Numbered from the whole stretch's first letter, positions 1 to 11,722 are shown. The stretch is DNA of 63,289 bases, filler included, from Octopus bimaculoides (GCF_001194135.2; 4 parts of 4 records of this genome joined end to end with filler, not necessarily neighbours in it); one strand, 5' to 3'. Numbers and translations: made by a program. Notes: a model not told the origin generated them from the letters alone.

Positions 1-24
1 GCTTTTTTCATTTTAAATTTGCTT

Positions 25-68
25 TAACCCTAACCCTAACTCTAACCCTAGGGTTAGGGTTAGGGTTA
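25..68. repeat. Interstitial telomeric-repeat palindrome, (TAACCC)x4 then (GGGTTA)x3
   Basis: taaccc taaccc taactc taaccc ta gggtta gggtta gggtta; 31-68 is self-complementary with one mismatch, centred on 49/50. Confidence 0.9.
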
Positions 69-1063
69 ATTGTTTCAGAATCGTTTGTTTATGTAGTCGG
101 CACTTAATGTATATCGGCTGAATGGACGTCAGTGATTGGTTGAACTTACAGAAATACGACAACTTTAACATGGAATAATAATTTATGGATTTCTTTTTTT
201 TTAAAGAAGACTAAGAGAAAAAGATGTTTTATATGACACATTCTACCAGTGTTCCAAGTTTCAAAGTGTTTCGTTAATGAAAAATGTGACCCCCGTTTTA
301 AAAAAGATCCGTAAGGTTTAGTCCTAGAAAAACTGTGACCGAAACAGACGGGGAGAGTGACGTTTGGAACAACTTTAATGACAAGTCGGCTTGAGCAGGG
401 TTTATCGAAGGTTAAATAAACACCACCATATCTAGACACAACACAACAATGAAGTGTAGGAAGACCAACAAAAAATTTTAAGAAATATCATTGTTACGTG
501 AGAGTACTTCATATAATAATTTATACACGCGCGCAGCTTGAAAAGTAACATATATTACTAGTTTCTGATCGGCGCCCTTTACGCTTTTGAATAAACTTTT
601 TTTTTTACTGTCCTCTTGTTTATTATATATATATATATATGTATATATATATGCATATATCCATACATATATGTATATACTTACATCTAGATGTATACAT
701 ACATGCATATATGGGTACAGGACATTAAAAAAAAAAACGTTAAACACAATGAGAAACGAAAACAAAAACGAAAAAAGAAAACGAACTTTTTTCGAACAAC
801 GAAAATAACAAACAGAGAAACGAGATATGCATCATAAAGAGTATAACCCTTCGTCAGTTGTCCTTGTTCCATCTACTACGCGTTTCGAAGGCAAGGGACC
901 AGTGTTACTTAATTTAATGATAACCTTTGCCATCTGGTTGCAGCCACTTAATACAATTATTTCTGACTGGAACAGTGCTGGCACTGACCTAAAAGCCCAC
1001 TTGCAGAGCAATTACAGATTTCTATGAAGTGATGTACTTCTCTATTGTTACTCGTAGTGTGTG

Positions 1064-1066
<3 letters not shown>

Positions 1067-1121
<55 letters not shown>

Positions 1122-1135
1122 CGAGAGAGAGAGAG
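1067..1135. repeat. (AG)n microsatellite
   Basis: Direct dinucleotide run; source of spurious ER/SL-repeat ORFs. Confidence 0.95.
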
Positions 1136-1504
1136 GCTCCTCACTCTTGTTCAACGAGTGTGGGCACCATTAAAAAGTCCAAAATAATTATGAGTGATGT
1201 CCGTGCAGAGCTTAAGTCGAAATCAGCTTGCGGCACACTGCAGCGAGTCTTTTCATCGGAGGTAAAGGAGACAAGGAGTTCCAGAAGCATAGAATCTATC
1301 GCATTGATGGCTAATTGGGGGGGGGGGATTCTCACATCCAGCGCATTTACTGTGCGAGGTCACCAGGCCAGGAACCATCTGCGCGTGCGTGTTGTGGATC
1401 TGGCGCACGCAAGCTAGAACAAGTAGGAGAATTAAAACCCTGTACAGGTGTATATACACTACAGTTGTATGTTTAAGAGATGAGTTATTATTTACATTTG
1501 ACAG

Positions 1505-1735
1505 ATATTTGTCCTCATCTTGTTTGTTGTTAACACAACGTTTCGGCTGATTTAACCTTTAAGCCTTCATCTGGTGTCTTGGGGAAATTTCGAACATGGG
1601 TTCTCATTCCTAAGGTATTTTTCGATGTTACTATTATTATTATTGTTGTTGTTGTTGTTGCTGTTGTTCAGGTCACTGCTTGGAATCGAACTCGGAATCT
1701 TGGGTTAATAGCCCGCACTCTTAACCACTACGCCA
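1505..1735 (-). mobile_element. tRNA-headed SINE-like element with hammerhead tail, left arm of an inverted dimer (ribozyme core mutated)
   Basis: Near reverse complement of 1744-1945; core reads CAGAUGA instead of CUGAUGA (plus-strand tcatctg at 1567-1573). Confidence 0.8.
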
Positions 1736-1743
1736 CGGGCATA

Positions 1744-1945
1744 TGGCATAGTGGTTAAGAATGCGGGCTACTGACCCCAAGATTCCGAGTTCGATTCCAG
1801 ACAGTGACCTGAATAATAATAATAATCGAAAAATACCTTAGGAATGAGAACCCAGGTTCGAAATTTCCCCCAAGACACCTGATGAAGGCTGGAGGGTATA
1901 TCAGCCGAAACGTTGTGTTAACAACAAACAAGATGAAGACAAATG
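1744..1945 (+). mobile_element. tRNA-headed SINE-like element with hammerhead tail, right arm of an inverted dimer
   Basis: A-box-like TGGCATAGTGG 1744-1754, B-box-like AGTTCGATTCC 1788-1798, (AAT)n spacer, hammerhead motif 1874-1919; homologous copies at about 43200-43307, 44684-44915 and 53790-53925. Confidence 0.8.
1874..1919 (+). ncRNA. Minimal type I hammerhead ribozyme motif (Penelope-type)
   Basis: Helix I GACAC(1874-78)/GTGTT(1915-19); core CTGATGA(1879-85); one unpaired A; helix II GGCTG(1887-91)/CAGCC(1902-06); GAAA(1907-10); palindromic ACGT in place of a full helix III; predicted cleavage after GUU at 1914. Activity not tested. Confidence 0.7.
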
Positions 1946-2237
1946 TCCGTCAAGTGTAAATAATGTATATACATTATTTTAAATCGGCAATGTTTTACGA
2001 AAATGACTCGAAGTCAAGTTTCGTGCATGGTCCCATCTACCAAACTCTCAGCCGTTGAGTTACTTTCGTAACATTCTACCATGTTCTCTATGTGGCCTGC
2101 TTGTTTGTTGTACCTTGTTTATCATTTTGTCCATGTTCTTTTGCAACGTCATGTACCCAGATATATATGTATCTATATGTACATGTAGATGAAGGTATGT
2201 ATATACATGTACATATATATGCATATACTCATATACT

Positions 2238-2275
<38 letters not shown>

Positions 2276-2874
2276 TAGAGGATATGTTAACCTCATAGTA
2301 GGATGGTTACATCCATGGAAATACTTATTTGGGATAACAAATTCCTTTAAAACAACAGGTATATATTAAGCATATAGTTTACATCCCGTTAAAAAAAAAA
2401 GAAAATGGAGATAAAGAAGTTAACAATTATTTATTATTAACAAACTGCTCAGCTTCGTTTCTTACACCCGTTTCAACCAATAATCAATGTGTGTGTATAC
2501 AGACATACACATAATTTTACTTGTCTACCATTGGTTGTGACCATGCTGGGGCAACACTATGTATCTATCTATCTATCCATCCATCCAACAAAGTTTATTT
2601 TACTTTTCACCCAGCGCAATGATCAACAAAATAAATAAAAGTTAGCCCGAGGCTGGAGTTAATTCAATTGACTTTTAATTGGTGCAAAATGGTGTCTGAA
2701 ACATTAGAAGGCCGGACATGCATATTACATCCTTTCACGTTAAGAGAAAGTGTGTTAAATCCACGTCGAGTTGACCTTTGCTTAAATGAGGTGGGCCAAA
2801 TCGATTTTTCACCTACCCGCCCAAATATATGAACTAACGACGAGATTAAATAAAATCAAAAATTAGTAACATTG

Positions 2875-2919
<45 letters not shown>

Positions 2920-3614
2920 NNNNNNNNNNATATATATATATGTATATTTTCCACGCGGCCATCGGATGAAAGGGGACATTATGAGGGACTGTTTAGAATT
3001 TGTTCGTGGAAGGTTAGGTACAAAAAAAAAAAGATGAGAGGGAAGTAAGTGTGAGGACGGGAAAAATGCAATAAAAATTATACTGGCTTAGGTTCCGGAT
3101 TCAGTCCCACTGCGTGGCACCTTGGGGTGGTGTTTTCTACTATATCCTGGGACCGGCTAAAGCTTTGTGAGTGCATTTGGTAGGCGGAAACTGAAAGAAG
3201 CCCGTCGTGTGTGTGTGTATGAGATCACCGCTTGACAACCTGACATTGGAAAATTAATGAAGGAACCCCACAAATTCAGGATTACTCTGACTACCAAAGG
3301 AACAAATCCACGATGTAGATAGCAAAACATTTACTTATGTCTATACTTTGAGTTCAATTCCTAGTCAAGGATTCACCTACTTTTGCTTTGTCTTTATTTT
3401 ATTAATAGCTATGGGCAAAATCTCTAGAGGGAAATGACCTCAGTAATTATTGTCATATAACCCCAGGTCAACTCAGCTTGATCAAATACATATAAGCCGA
3501 GATAATACCATTCAGTTCCACAATCGGACCAGCTTATCGTAAACGGAGTGACATAGCTAGACGATGCAGGATTTTGTGGGGTCAGTACTTTAGGGATTTG
3601 TTGCATAAGTTGTG

Positions 3615-3856
3615 CAGGGTGTTCAAAAAGTCTCTCCACAGTAATTTATTGCAAAATGAATATCTATAAGTTGTTATAGGACTACAAAAGAATATATTAG
3701 ACTTTACAAGACTTCAAAGAACTTTATAAGATGTGTTGAAAGTGTCGTCCTTCATTTTCAATACGTAAGTCGACTCTTGTACACATGATGTGAAATGTAT
3801 CTTGGAGAGTCAGAATGAAAACAAAATTATTGCGGAGAGACTTTTTGAACAACCTG
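3615..3856. mobile_element. Tc1/mariner-type MITE, about 240 bp
   Basis: About 33-bp terminal inverted repeats (cagggtgttcaaaaagtctctccacagtaattt versus the reverse complement of the right end caggttgttcaaaaagtctctccgcaataattt); TA follows the right end. Confidence 0.75.
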
Positions 3857-4189
3857 TACAAGGAGAACAGTGGGGTAGCAAACTGAAGGGTTGCCAAGGG
3901 CGGTAAGCACTCTGGCTACAACACTGCGAAACCGGCCATGCAAAAACACCTCAAGAGTAGCGTTGACCTCTAAGCTGTACACTTGATGATAAGGATAACC
4001 AATAAGTATTTAAGTTATTTCTATGAGGTCAAGCTAGCAAACAAATACAGACTACCTCGGTACTTCTTGCCGGAACTGATAAAACGAACTAAGCTATGAT
4101 CAGTCTAGTAATGAGGTCAAATTATTTAATTCTCACGGAGCTCTTCAAATCTGACAGAATCAACGATAAAACCAAATAAATAAGAGTAT

Positions 4190-4560
4190 ATCTTTTTATC
4201 TTTTACTAGTTTTCAGTTGTTAAACTGAGACCATGCTGGGGCACCGCCTTGAGAAATTTTTAGTGGAATGTATCAAACGCATTTTTTTTTTTAAGCCTGG
4301 TACTTACACTATCACTTTGTTTTGCCGAACCGCTACGTTGCAGGGACGTAAACACACCAACAGCGGTTCTCAAGTAGTGGTGAAAGATAAACATACATAC
4401 ACACACATACATAGATTCAGACTTCTTTCAGTTTCCGTCTACCAAATCCACTCACAAGGCTTTAGTCGGCCCGAGGCTATAATAGATGCCATGCAGTGGG
4501 ACAGAACCCGGAGTCGTGTATGGTTGAGGGGGGAAAAACTTCCCTACCACACAGCCACTC
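4190..4560 (-). mobile_element. Abundant SINE-like interspersed repeat (family with ctttcagtttccgtctaccaaatccactcacaaggc)
   Basis: Same sequence blocks recur at about 3080-3245, 8680-8725, 29055-29313, 34815-35010, 41870-42372, 42830-43040, 44260-44560 and 60420-60780. Confidence 0.75.
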
Positions 4561-4962
4561 CTATCAATCATTGTTACTCTTAAAGCCATGTGACATAGCA
4601 CATATAGGAATAAGTAGGGGAACGAATGGAGGGCTGCATTAAATGTTGGAAATGAAGTGTTTTGCTCAATTTTTAGGAGTTGATTTATTAATTACATAAT
4701 TAAAAAGTGGCTGCTAAAATACTTAATGCCGAAAGCCAAGAAATTTTCAATCAAGCAAAATAGCACCCTAGTGTTACGTTAATTACTATTCAGGGTATAT
4801 TTGATTAATTAATTATTGGTTTAATTATATCTAATTAATCTAGCTTCTACTTTGCTTCTTTTGAGTTGTTAAGCAGCAAGTGTTAAGGGTAATTTACAGA
4901 CTTTACCCGCCCCCAAATAGTTCTGAATAAGACAAATAGCCGCATTCCCCGACTGCAAATAA

Positions 4963-5179
4963 TCTTTTCTACTGTAAGCACAACGCCCGAAATTTTGGGA
5001 GAGAGGGGGGGGGCAATCGATTAGATCGACTCCAGTACGCAACTGGTACTTAATTTATCGACTCGGAAAGGATGAAAGGCAAAGTCGACCTCGGCAGAAT
5101 TTGAACTCAGAACATAAAGACAGACGAAATACCGCTAAGCATTTCGTCCGGCGTGCTAATGTTTCTGCCAGCTCACCAC
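4963..5179 (-). mobile_element. tRNA-derived SINE (core gtcgactttgcctttcatcctttcggggtcgataaattaagtaccag; family name not verified)
   Basis: tRNA-like head ggcgagctggcag...gagttcaaatt on the minus strand; further copies at 42374-42557, 42572-42792, 60781-60997 and 61553-61770. Confidence 0.8.
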
Positions 5180-8100
5180 TTTCTCGACAGCAAATATTAA
5201 TGACATTTTGGTGGGGGAACTCTATCTTCCCCTACAGCTTAATTAAAAAGCAAAATAGAATTTGCTTCTACGTGATCCATCTTTTATTGCTATGGTGTTT
5301 GGACAACTTTAAACCCTTCTTAATTTTCATAAACATGACAACTTGTTTGCCACTTTTTTTTATCATGACCCCAACACCTACGAGAGTCTAGTCAACCCCA
5401 CATAAATTAGGATCAGCTGAAAGAAGGTTAGCAAGTCGTAACTTCTAAGACACTATCACCCCTTTCTTTGTAAAAAAAAAATCAGCAATGTCCTTCCTGT
5501 TTTTAAAGATGCTAGGTAGGGTGTGATTTGAATGATTTTAGTGGCCCTTTATAACAGGCCGAGAAACCACACAAAACAGTAGTTTCCCAAATTTCTGTAA
5601 CCTTATTGGCTCCTCTCTCGTACAGACGCATTTTTTTCTGCTTTGCCAGTGTGTCATTTAAATTTAAACTCACGCAGGCCCTTAACCCCTGTCTATGATA
5701 CTCTGGTTGAAAATCCTTAACAGAATATATTGAATCATGTGGGTACACGGACCTGGAGACCTGCGGGGGCCTTAGATTGTAAGAGCCTGAACCGTTGACT
5801 GTGGGACCCTAAACCATGCAAGGTTACGTTTACGGTAGACGGTGAGTTTTTAGTGAAGTTTGTTTCTGATTTAGGCAGAAGGTTAATAATTTCGAGGAAA
5901 ATAAGCTCGGTCGATATTATCATCCCTTATATTTGGGAAGGTAATTTATTTGACCGGGTTTGTTGGAATTTTTACTTAAAATGTAAAGGACCGGAACAAA
6001 TACGGCAAAGGCACTTTTTTCAGACGATATCGATTTTGCCAATCCCGAACCATAATGAGGATTTCAGATTTAGGTATAAGACCACACTTTGGAGAGCAGT
6101 CGATACCACTGACTTCAGAACCCCAAGACAATGAATGTAGAAATTGACCCAGTGGGATTTGAACTCACAATATGAAGTGATGGGAAAAAATAATACAAAA
6201 GCATTTTTTCGCAACTCTCTAACGATTCTGTCTAAAATTTAGAATCGCGAAAACGAAAACACAAATGGTATATAGATTATCTCGATCAAAGAATATTATG
6301 AATGTGACATCCTATTAGAGGTTAATCAAAATATATGCAGTTAACGAAGTCCCAGATCAGCTCTGAAGAAGCAGGAAAACCCGTGATCAAAGGCGATCTG
6401 TTTGTGAATATCTGACTTCTTTACAAGCACAGCGTATTTCGGACTACTACATGCAATGTTACACTTCCTTTATCCAATTTGGCTTAAGGGAGATTAAGCT
6501 GCTATTTCTAGCAGATCGAGCGACTAAGTAACGGCACTCACTCCAAAAGTCTCATAAGTTATGACAATAAAACCTAAAAGTAAAAGCAGAGACACGTGGT
6601 TTGCGTCAGAAGCTTTGTCGTTCATTAAATGAAATAAGGGGAGACTATCAAGGTATGAGTGTATTACTCATGTAGTCATACCCACGGTCAGTCTTCTCTT
6701 ACAATTTCTTTTTGTTCCCTTTGGTGATAGGGGTAGCCAAAACCTTATGACGGACATTCAGAAAACGCCCGCCCCACTTAACATATTTTGTTTTTCGAAA
6801 AACAATTTATGGAACAAAAAAAAAAAAAGCTAAAGAAAGAACGAATTTACAAAATGATAATCTTCAATATTTTAATACAAACATTCGGAAATAGGTATTT
6901 TCTTTCGATTTGACTCGAAATATCATAAAGCACTCGGCAATTTGTGAGAATCAATACATAATGTTATTTTAATGAGGTACATGTGCAGAAACTCCGTCAC
7001 TTGGATCGACCATTATGCAAAATAACCACGTGATCATAGCACCGCGAGACTTTTTTTTTCTCACTTGCTAGTGACTGATTTATTATGGTGTAATTAAATA
7101 AACGAAAGTCTCACAAACGAGATTTCAAATTTGTAAATTTTCCAAGAGTCTCACTTTAAATAATTTGTATGTACAGTTTACATAAAATTAATTAGATTTA
7201 AAAAGAAAAAAAGCAAATTATATTTAATGAAGTTGAGGTGAGAGGTGGAAACCTACGCTGAAACAAAACTGAATAGTAATCTCCGACATCTCAATGAGAA
7301 GGGGACCATCCTCTTAATATTTTAATATTCCAGGGAATATAAGTCTGAAAGAAAAGTTTCCGCCACAGAAAAATAATTTCTGATTTTGATATATTTTTGC
7401 CTTCCTTGCACGTTTATTTTCGTGCCGCGAGAATTCTGGTCTAAGCCCACCATATAACCCCTCACAATATATTTTAGTTATTGGAATTTTCGGGAAATGT
7501 TTGTGAATTTGTGTTCTACACACGAGAATTCATACAGTTATGCAATTTTTTAAACTCGTTAATCCCCCACCCATATCCCATTAATTCTAAAGCATATGTA
7601 CTTATGTGTGTGTACATTGGTGTATGTATGTATAGATCTGTGTGAGTTCAAAAAACAAAGAAAGAAAAAAAATTGCTCGGAACTATATTCATTTCAGTTT
7701 CGTGATACCATCTCCGAAGGATCACCGGAATTTTGGTTAAATCATACGTCTAGACTTGTATTCCTCATGCGTTTTGATGAAGTAAAATACGATTATGATA
7801 AAAATAAAATGACTTAGGAGATAATTCCATCCTTTGCCTTCAGGAATCTGTTTTTGTGGCGTAACTACAGAATTGTGCTCCATCGACTTCGTTTCTTCTG
7901 CAGTTACGTCTCCGTACCTTGTGGTTTAAATTGTGGAGCAGATAAAAATTGTATGGAAGCCCGTCGGATCGGAGAGATTGTCGCAGTAATTCGAAGGTCC
8001 AGCGTTGTCACAGAATGAGAATTGTCATACTAAGTGTCCATGTGTCCGTGGAATATGCAACCACTTGTGCAATAAATTCTATAAATAAGTCGAATATATG

Positions 8101-8727
8101 GAGTGATTACCTTTGAAACTAACGTAAGTCTGTTTCCTTTCGTTAATGCTCAAGAACACAATTTGCGGGCGTTTCGCATCAGGCCGACAATTTATAATAT
8201 TCGTGTTTCGTTTTGTTTTAAACGTACGACACACTAATCTATATTAAACGATGCATATTCATACAATATTATATATAATTCATATATTATCGATGTATAT
8301 TCATACAAAAGAACGTATTTCATTAAAACATTAATGCAGCTACTTCCCCTTTATACAGGATGCGGCGGAAAGCCCTCCCATATTTTATACAGCAATTAGT
8401 GCAATGCTAATTAAGTTGGGCAGATACTAATGATGTGTTCATGTAGATAATGCACTACCGTTTACTTTCAAGATTCATCATGGCTTACACTGATGCACAG
8501 CGTGTGTTTTGTCGATGAAGTGTTTGTCATCCCGTAAAATGTAAAAGGCGGTTATGCCGTACGATGTGATACATCTTATCAACTGAAGTGTTTTGAACAA
8601 GTTTTTGCTTGTTCATAATTCCTCGCATTCAAAAATACAACTATTATTATTATTATTATTCATCGTTACAGACTAAGCAGAATTTCATGAGTGGATTTGG
8701 TAGATGGAAACTGAAGAAAATAAAAAC

Positions 8728-8779
<52 letters not shown>

Positions 8780-8872
8780 CACACACATACACACGTGTAT
8801 ATATATACACACACGCGTATATATATACACACACGCGTATATATATACACACACGCGTATATATATACACAC
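8728..8872. repeat. (GT)n microsatellite followed by a 20-bp minisatellite (acacgcgtatatatatacac)
   Basis: Direct tandem units running into the N gap. Confidence 0.9.
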
Positions 8873-8916
8873 NNNNNNNNNNNNNNNNNNNNNNNNNNNN
8901 NNNNNNNNNNNNNNNN

Positions 8917-8928
8917 TTAATTAATTAA
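8917..8928. other. Assembly spacer TTAATTAATTAA inside an N gap
   Basis: Identical 12-mer centred in N runs here, at 31560-31571 and at 58064-58075; it contains stops in all six frames and is not biological. Confidence 0.9.
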
Positions 8929-10612
8929 NNNNNNNNNNNNNNNNNNNNNNNNNNNNNNNNNNNNNNNNNNNNCGAGTCCAGACAATACCACATTCTTGTT
9001 AAGTAAACTTGTTACCCCCACAGCTCTACCTCAGCTTTCTTCCCCATACTTTTTTTCATCCTCTGATACTCTGTACAGTACAATTCACTGATTTTTTCTT
9101 TACTAGAATTCAGCAATCATCCAAAACTTCTGATACTCTAATGGTCATCCATTTCACCATCCTAAATCATAATGAGACAAATAATAATAGTAGTTTCTGA
9201 TGGAAAAAGAGGCAATACTTTTCTATAGAAAGATGTCAAATTTACTTCAAAAGTCTGAATATTCCTGAGAATATTAGTGATCTTTCCCCTCAACTAATCT
9301 TCTATAGATTACAAGCACGTAATGCCCATTAATTACATTGCCCAAATCAAGTTTGATCTGGTATACTTAGGATTACATTAGGTAATCTGATCTTCCCATT
9401 TTTAAAATTGTGGCATGTGATTGAGAGAGATTTTGTTAATATATCTGACATGTTGGGCATCTGCATAGCAGGCTTCCACAGTGGCTGGCCCACAGTAAAA
9501 GTTGAACTTAATATTGTAAGCTAACAGATTAGACACAGTTGATCCTTTGGTATTATTATATTATGTCTGACTCAATACAATCACCTGGCCCTTCAGATGC
9601 TTACAGTGTTGGTGATGGACAATATTTGGTCTAATTTTGATATATTTATTACATTAATAAACAAGTACATTAATACACAGTTGCTCTTGCTGGACGAGGA
9701 CTGCAGGTTATCATAGAATTCATGACATAGCTGTTTCTTTCATAACTAGCTTATAAGAAAATATAAATATCACCACAGTGTAATCAATTATGTATTCATT
9801 ATTTAAGAATATGACCAAACATAATTAGAAATGCCATGAGTTCATGTGAAATTCATGTCTTTCTGAAGCTCACTAATTCTCTACATAAAGTAAACTGACT
9901 TAAACTGAGAATCAGACCCAGATCATTGACTCACACCATTCAATCCATATTTGTAGTAGGAGAAATTACTCAGGGTCACTTTCTGCATCAAAAACAAATA
10001 GGAAAATGGCTACTTATTGAACCAAGTTGTGATGACTAATTAAAATTACACCCTCAACAGCTAGTAAAATCATTATGCTAACCACTTGTTCTGGTCGTTA
10101 AAGATAATTTTCTTTTTTCATCTCACTAAAAGGGTAATTTTGACAAAATAAAATGTTCTAGCTTGTTACATGGGCTATAGTCTTTCCCCTGACTAGTCAT
10201 ATTTAGCTGCATCCTTTGACATTCTGGGTTCGAACACCATCTAAATGCACTTTTCCTTTCATACTTCTGTGGTTGATAAAACAAGCGTTAGTTAAGTACA
10301 GAGTTTTACTCATTTTAATGTACTTTCATAGCAGAATGTGTTATGAATATTGGTAACATCAACAATAATTATAAATATTTGCATTGGTGATGGATTCAGA
10401 GCATCAGACGAAATGTATTGTATTTGTTCTGGCTCTTTGGCATTTGAGTTCAACTTTGCTTTTCCAGAGCCAATAAAATAAAATACCAGACAAGTGTAGC
10501 AGCTAGTTTAATCAATCTGCTCCTACCTCAGATTTTTGTCCATTTTGCTGTATTAGAAATTATTGATTTTGTTTTTGTTGTTTATATTTTCTCAATCTTA
10601 TTTTAATTCTAG

Positions 10613-10852
10613 TTACTAAGATCAATTTTGTGAAAGTAAAAGGTGCAATTCTGAATGTACCTGGGAAAATTTTGTGGAATAAGAAAAATGTAACAGCAGA
10701 AGACTGTGCAGAAAAATGTTTGTCTGACAAAACTTGTTTATCATTTGAAATAACGAAGAGAAGTGGAAAATGTTATTTATCAAAGGAGACTGCAGCTTCC
10801 ATCATGAGATTGGAAACAACCAAAGACAGAGATTACTACCAACAAATAAAAC
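10613..10852 (+). CDS. Exon A1 of PAN/Sushi mosaic gene: PAN/Apple type A module
   Basis: ttctag|TT ACT AAG...ATA AAA C|gtaatt; 240 nt, phase 1-1; TKINFVKVKGAILNVPGK...DCAEKCLSDKTCLSFEITKRSGKCYLS...DYYQQIK with PAN pattern CxxxC-x5-C-x11-C. Confidence 0.9.
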
Positions 10853-11004
10853 GTAATTATTTTTTGTGTTTCTCTTTTCTTTTGAAATTTGTGATTCCAT
10901 TTGTACTTCATAGTTTATAGAAAACCATTTTTATTTATGTGCCACTGTCAGGTTTGGTCCCTTCTTCAGAGACTGAATCACTACAATGTACATTGGTATC
11001 TATT

Positions 11005-11229
11005 GAGTAAAAGGCAGACTATATGACGCGTGTGTACAAACAGCCATGCTATATGGCAGTGAAACATGGGCCGTGACTGCTGAGGACATGTATAAGCTCG
11101 CAAGGAATAAAGCCAGTATGCTCCGATGGATGTGTAATGTCAGTGTGCATACTCAACAGAGTGTTGGTACCTTGAGAGAAAAGTTGGACCTAAGAACCAT
11201 CAATTGTGGTGTGTAAGAGAGACAATTAC
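11005..11229 (+). mobile_element. RTE-clade LINE fragment (region C-terminal to RT)
   Basis: Reads VKGRLYDACVQTAMLYGSETWAVTAED...; homologous to 35035-35438. Confidence 0.75.
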
Positions 11230-11551
11230 CATGAGATATCCTTCTCAGAATTAATGTAAATTCTAGTACATCATGAGACACACATGGAACCTTGCCTCAC
11301 TGTTTTAGGTTGTAGATAATACATTTGTACACCCCTCTTCTGATGGTGTGCTTTTGTTTAAAATTAAATTACCAAAAGGATACTTCACATGCTGGTTGAC
11401 CATCTTTTGAACTANNNNNNNNNNNNNNNNNNNNNNNNNNNNNNNNNNNNNNNNNNNNNNNNNNNNNNNNNNNNNNNNNNNNNNNNNNNNNNNNNNNNNN
11501 NNNNNNNNNNNNNNACACACCATTGATGTCAATTTTTGTTTTCAATTCCAG

Positions 11552-11722
11552 CTTACAACAAAATAAACTGTGGACCACCAAGAGACATTGCTGGTGCATC
11601 AAAGTCCTACAATACCACCAAATATAGATCTGAAGTGATTTACACATGTCCACGAGAAGAAAAGCTAGTATCAAAATGTGAAAAAGACAAAAAATGGACT
11701 GTAGTAGATTCTGGTTGTGAAG
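11552..11722 (+). CDS. Exon S1: Sushi/CCP-like module
   Basis: ttccag|CT TAC...TGT GAA G|gtaaag; 171 nt, phase 1-1; YNKINCGPPRDIAGASKSYNTTKYRSEVIYTCPREEKLVSKCEKDKKWTVVDSGCE (C-x-x-P...V-x-Y-x-C...C...W...C). Confidence 0.9.

Noticed and set aside
1744-1810. tRNA-like sequence
   Set aside because: It has A and B boxes but continues into a dispersed repeat body, and I see no full cloverleaf; treated as a SINE head, not a tRNA gene.
5724-5841. Possible exon with an in-frame TGA (selenocysteine candidate, CKSLNR*LWDPKPC)
   Set aside because: No resemblance to a selenoprotein motif I know, and the ATGA...AA...GA candidate near 8015-8060 does not form a SECIS stem.
8917-8928. TTAATTAATTAA repeated three times in the window
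   Set aside because: Always embedded in N runs (also 31560-31571 and 58064-58075); an assembly spacer, not a biological motif.
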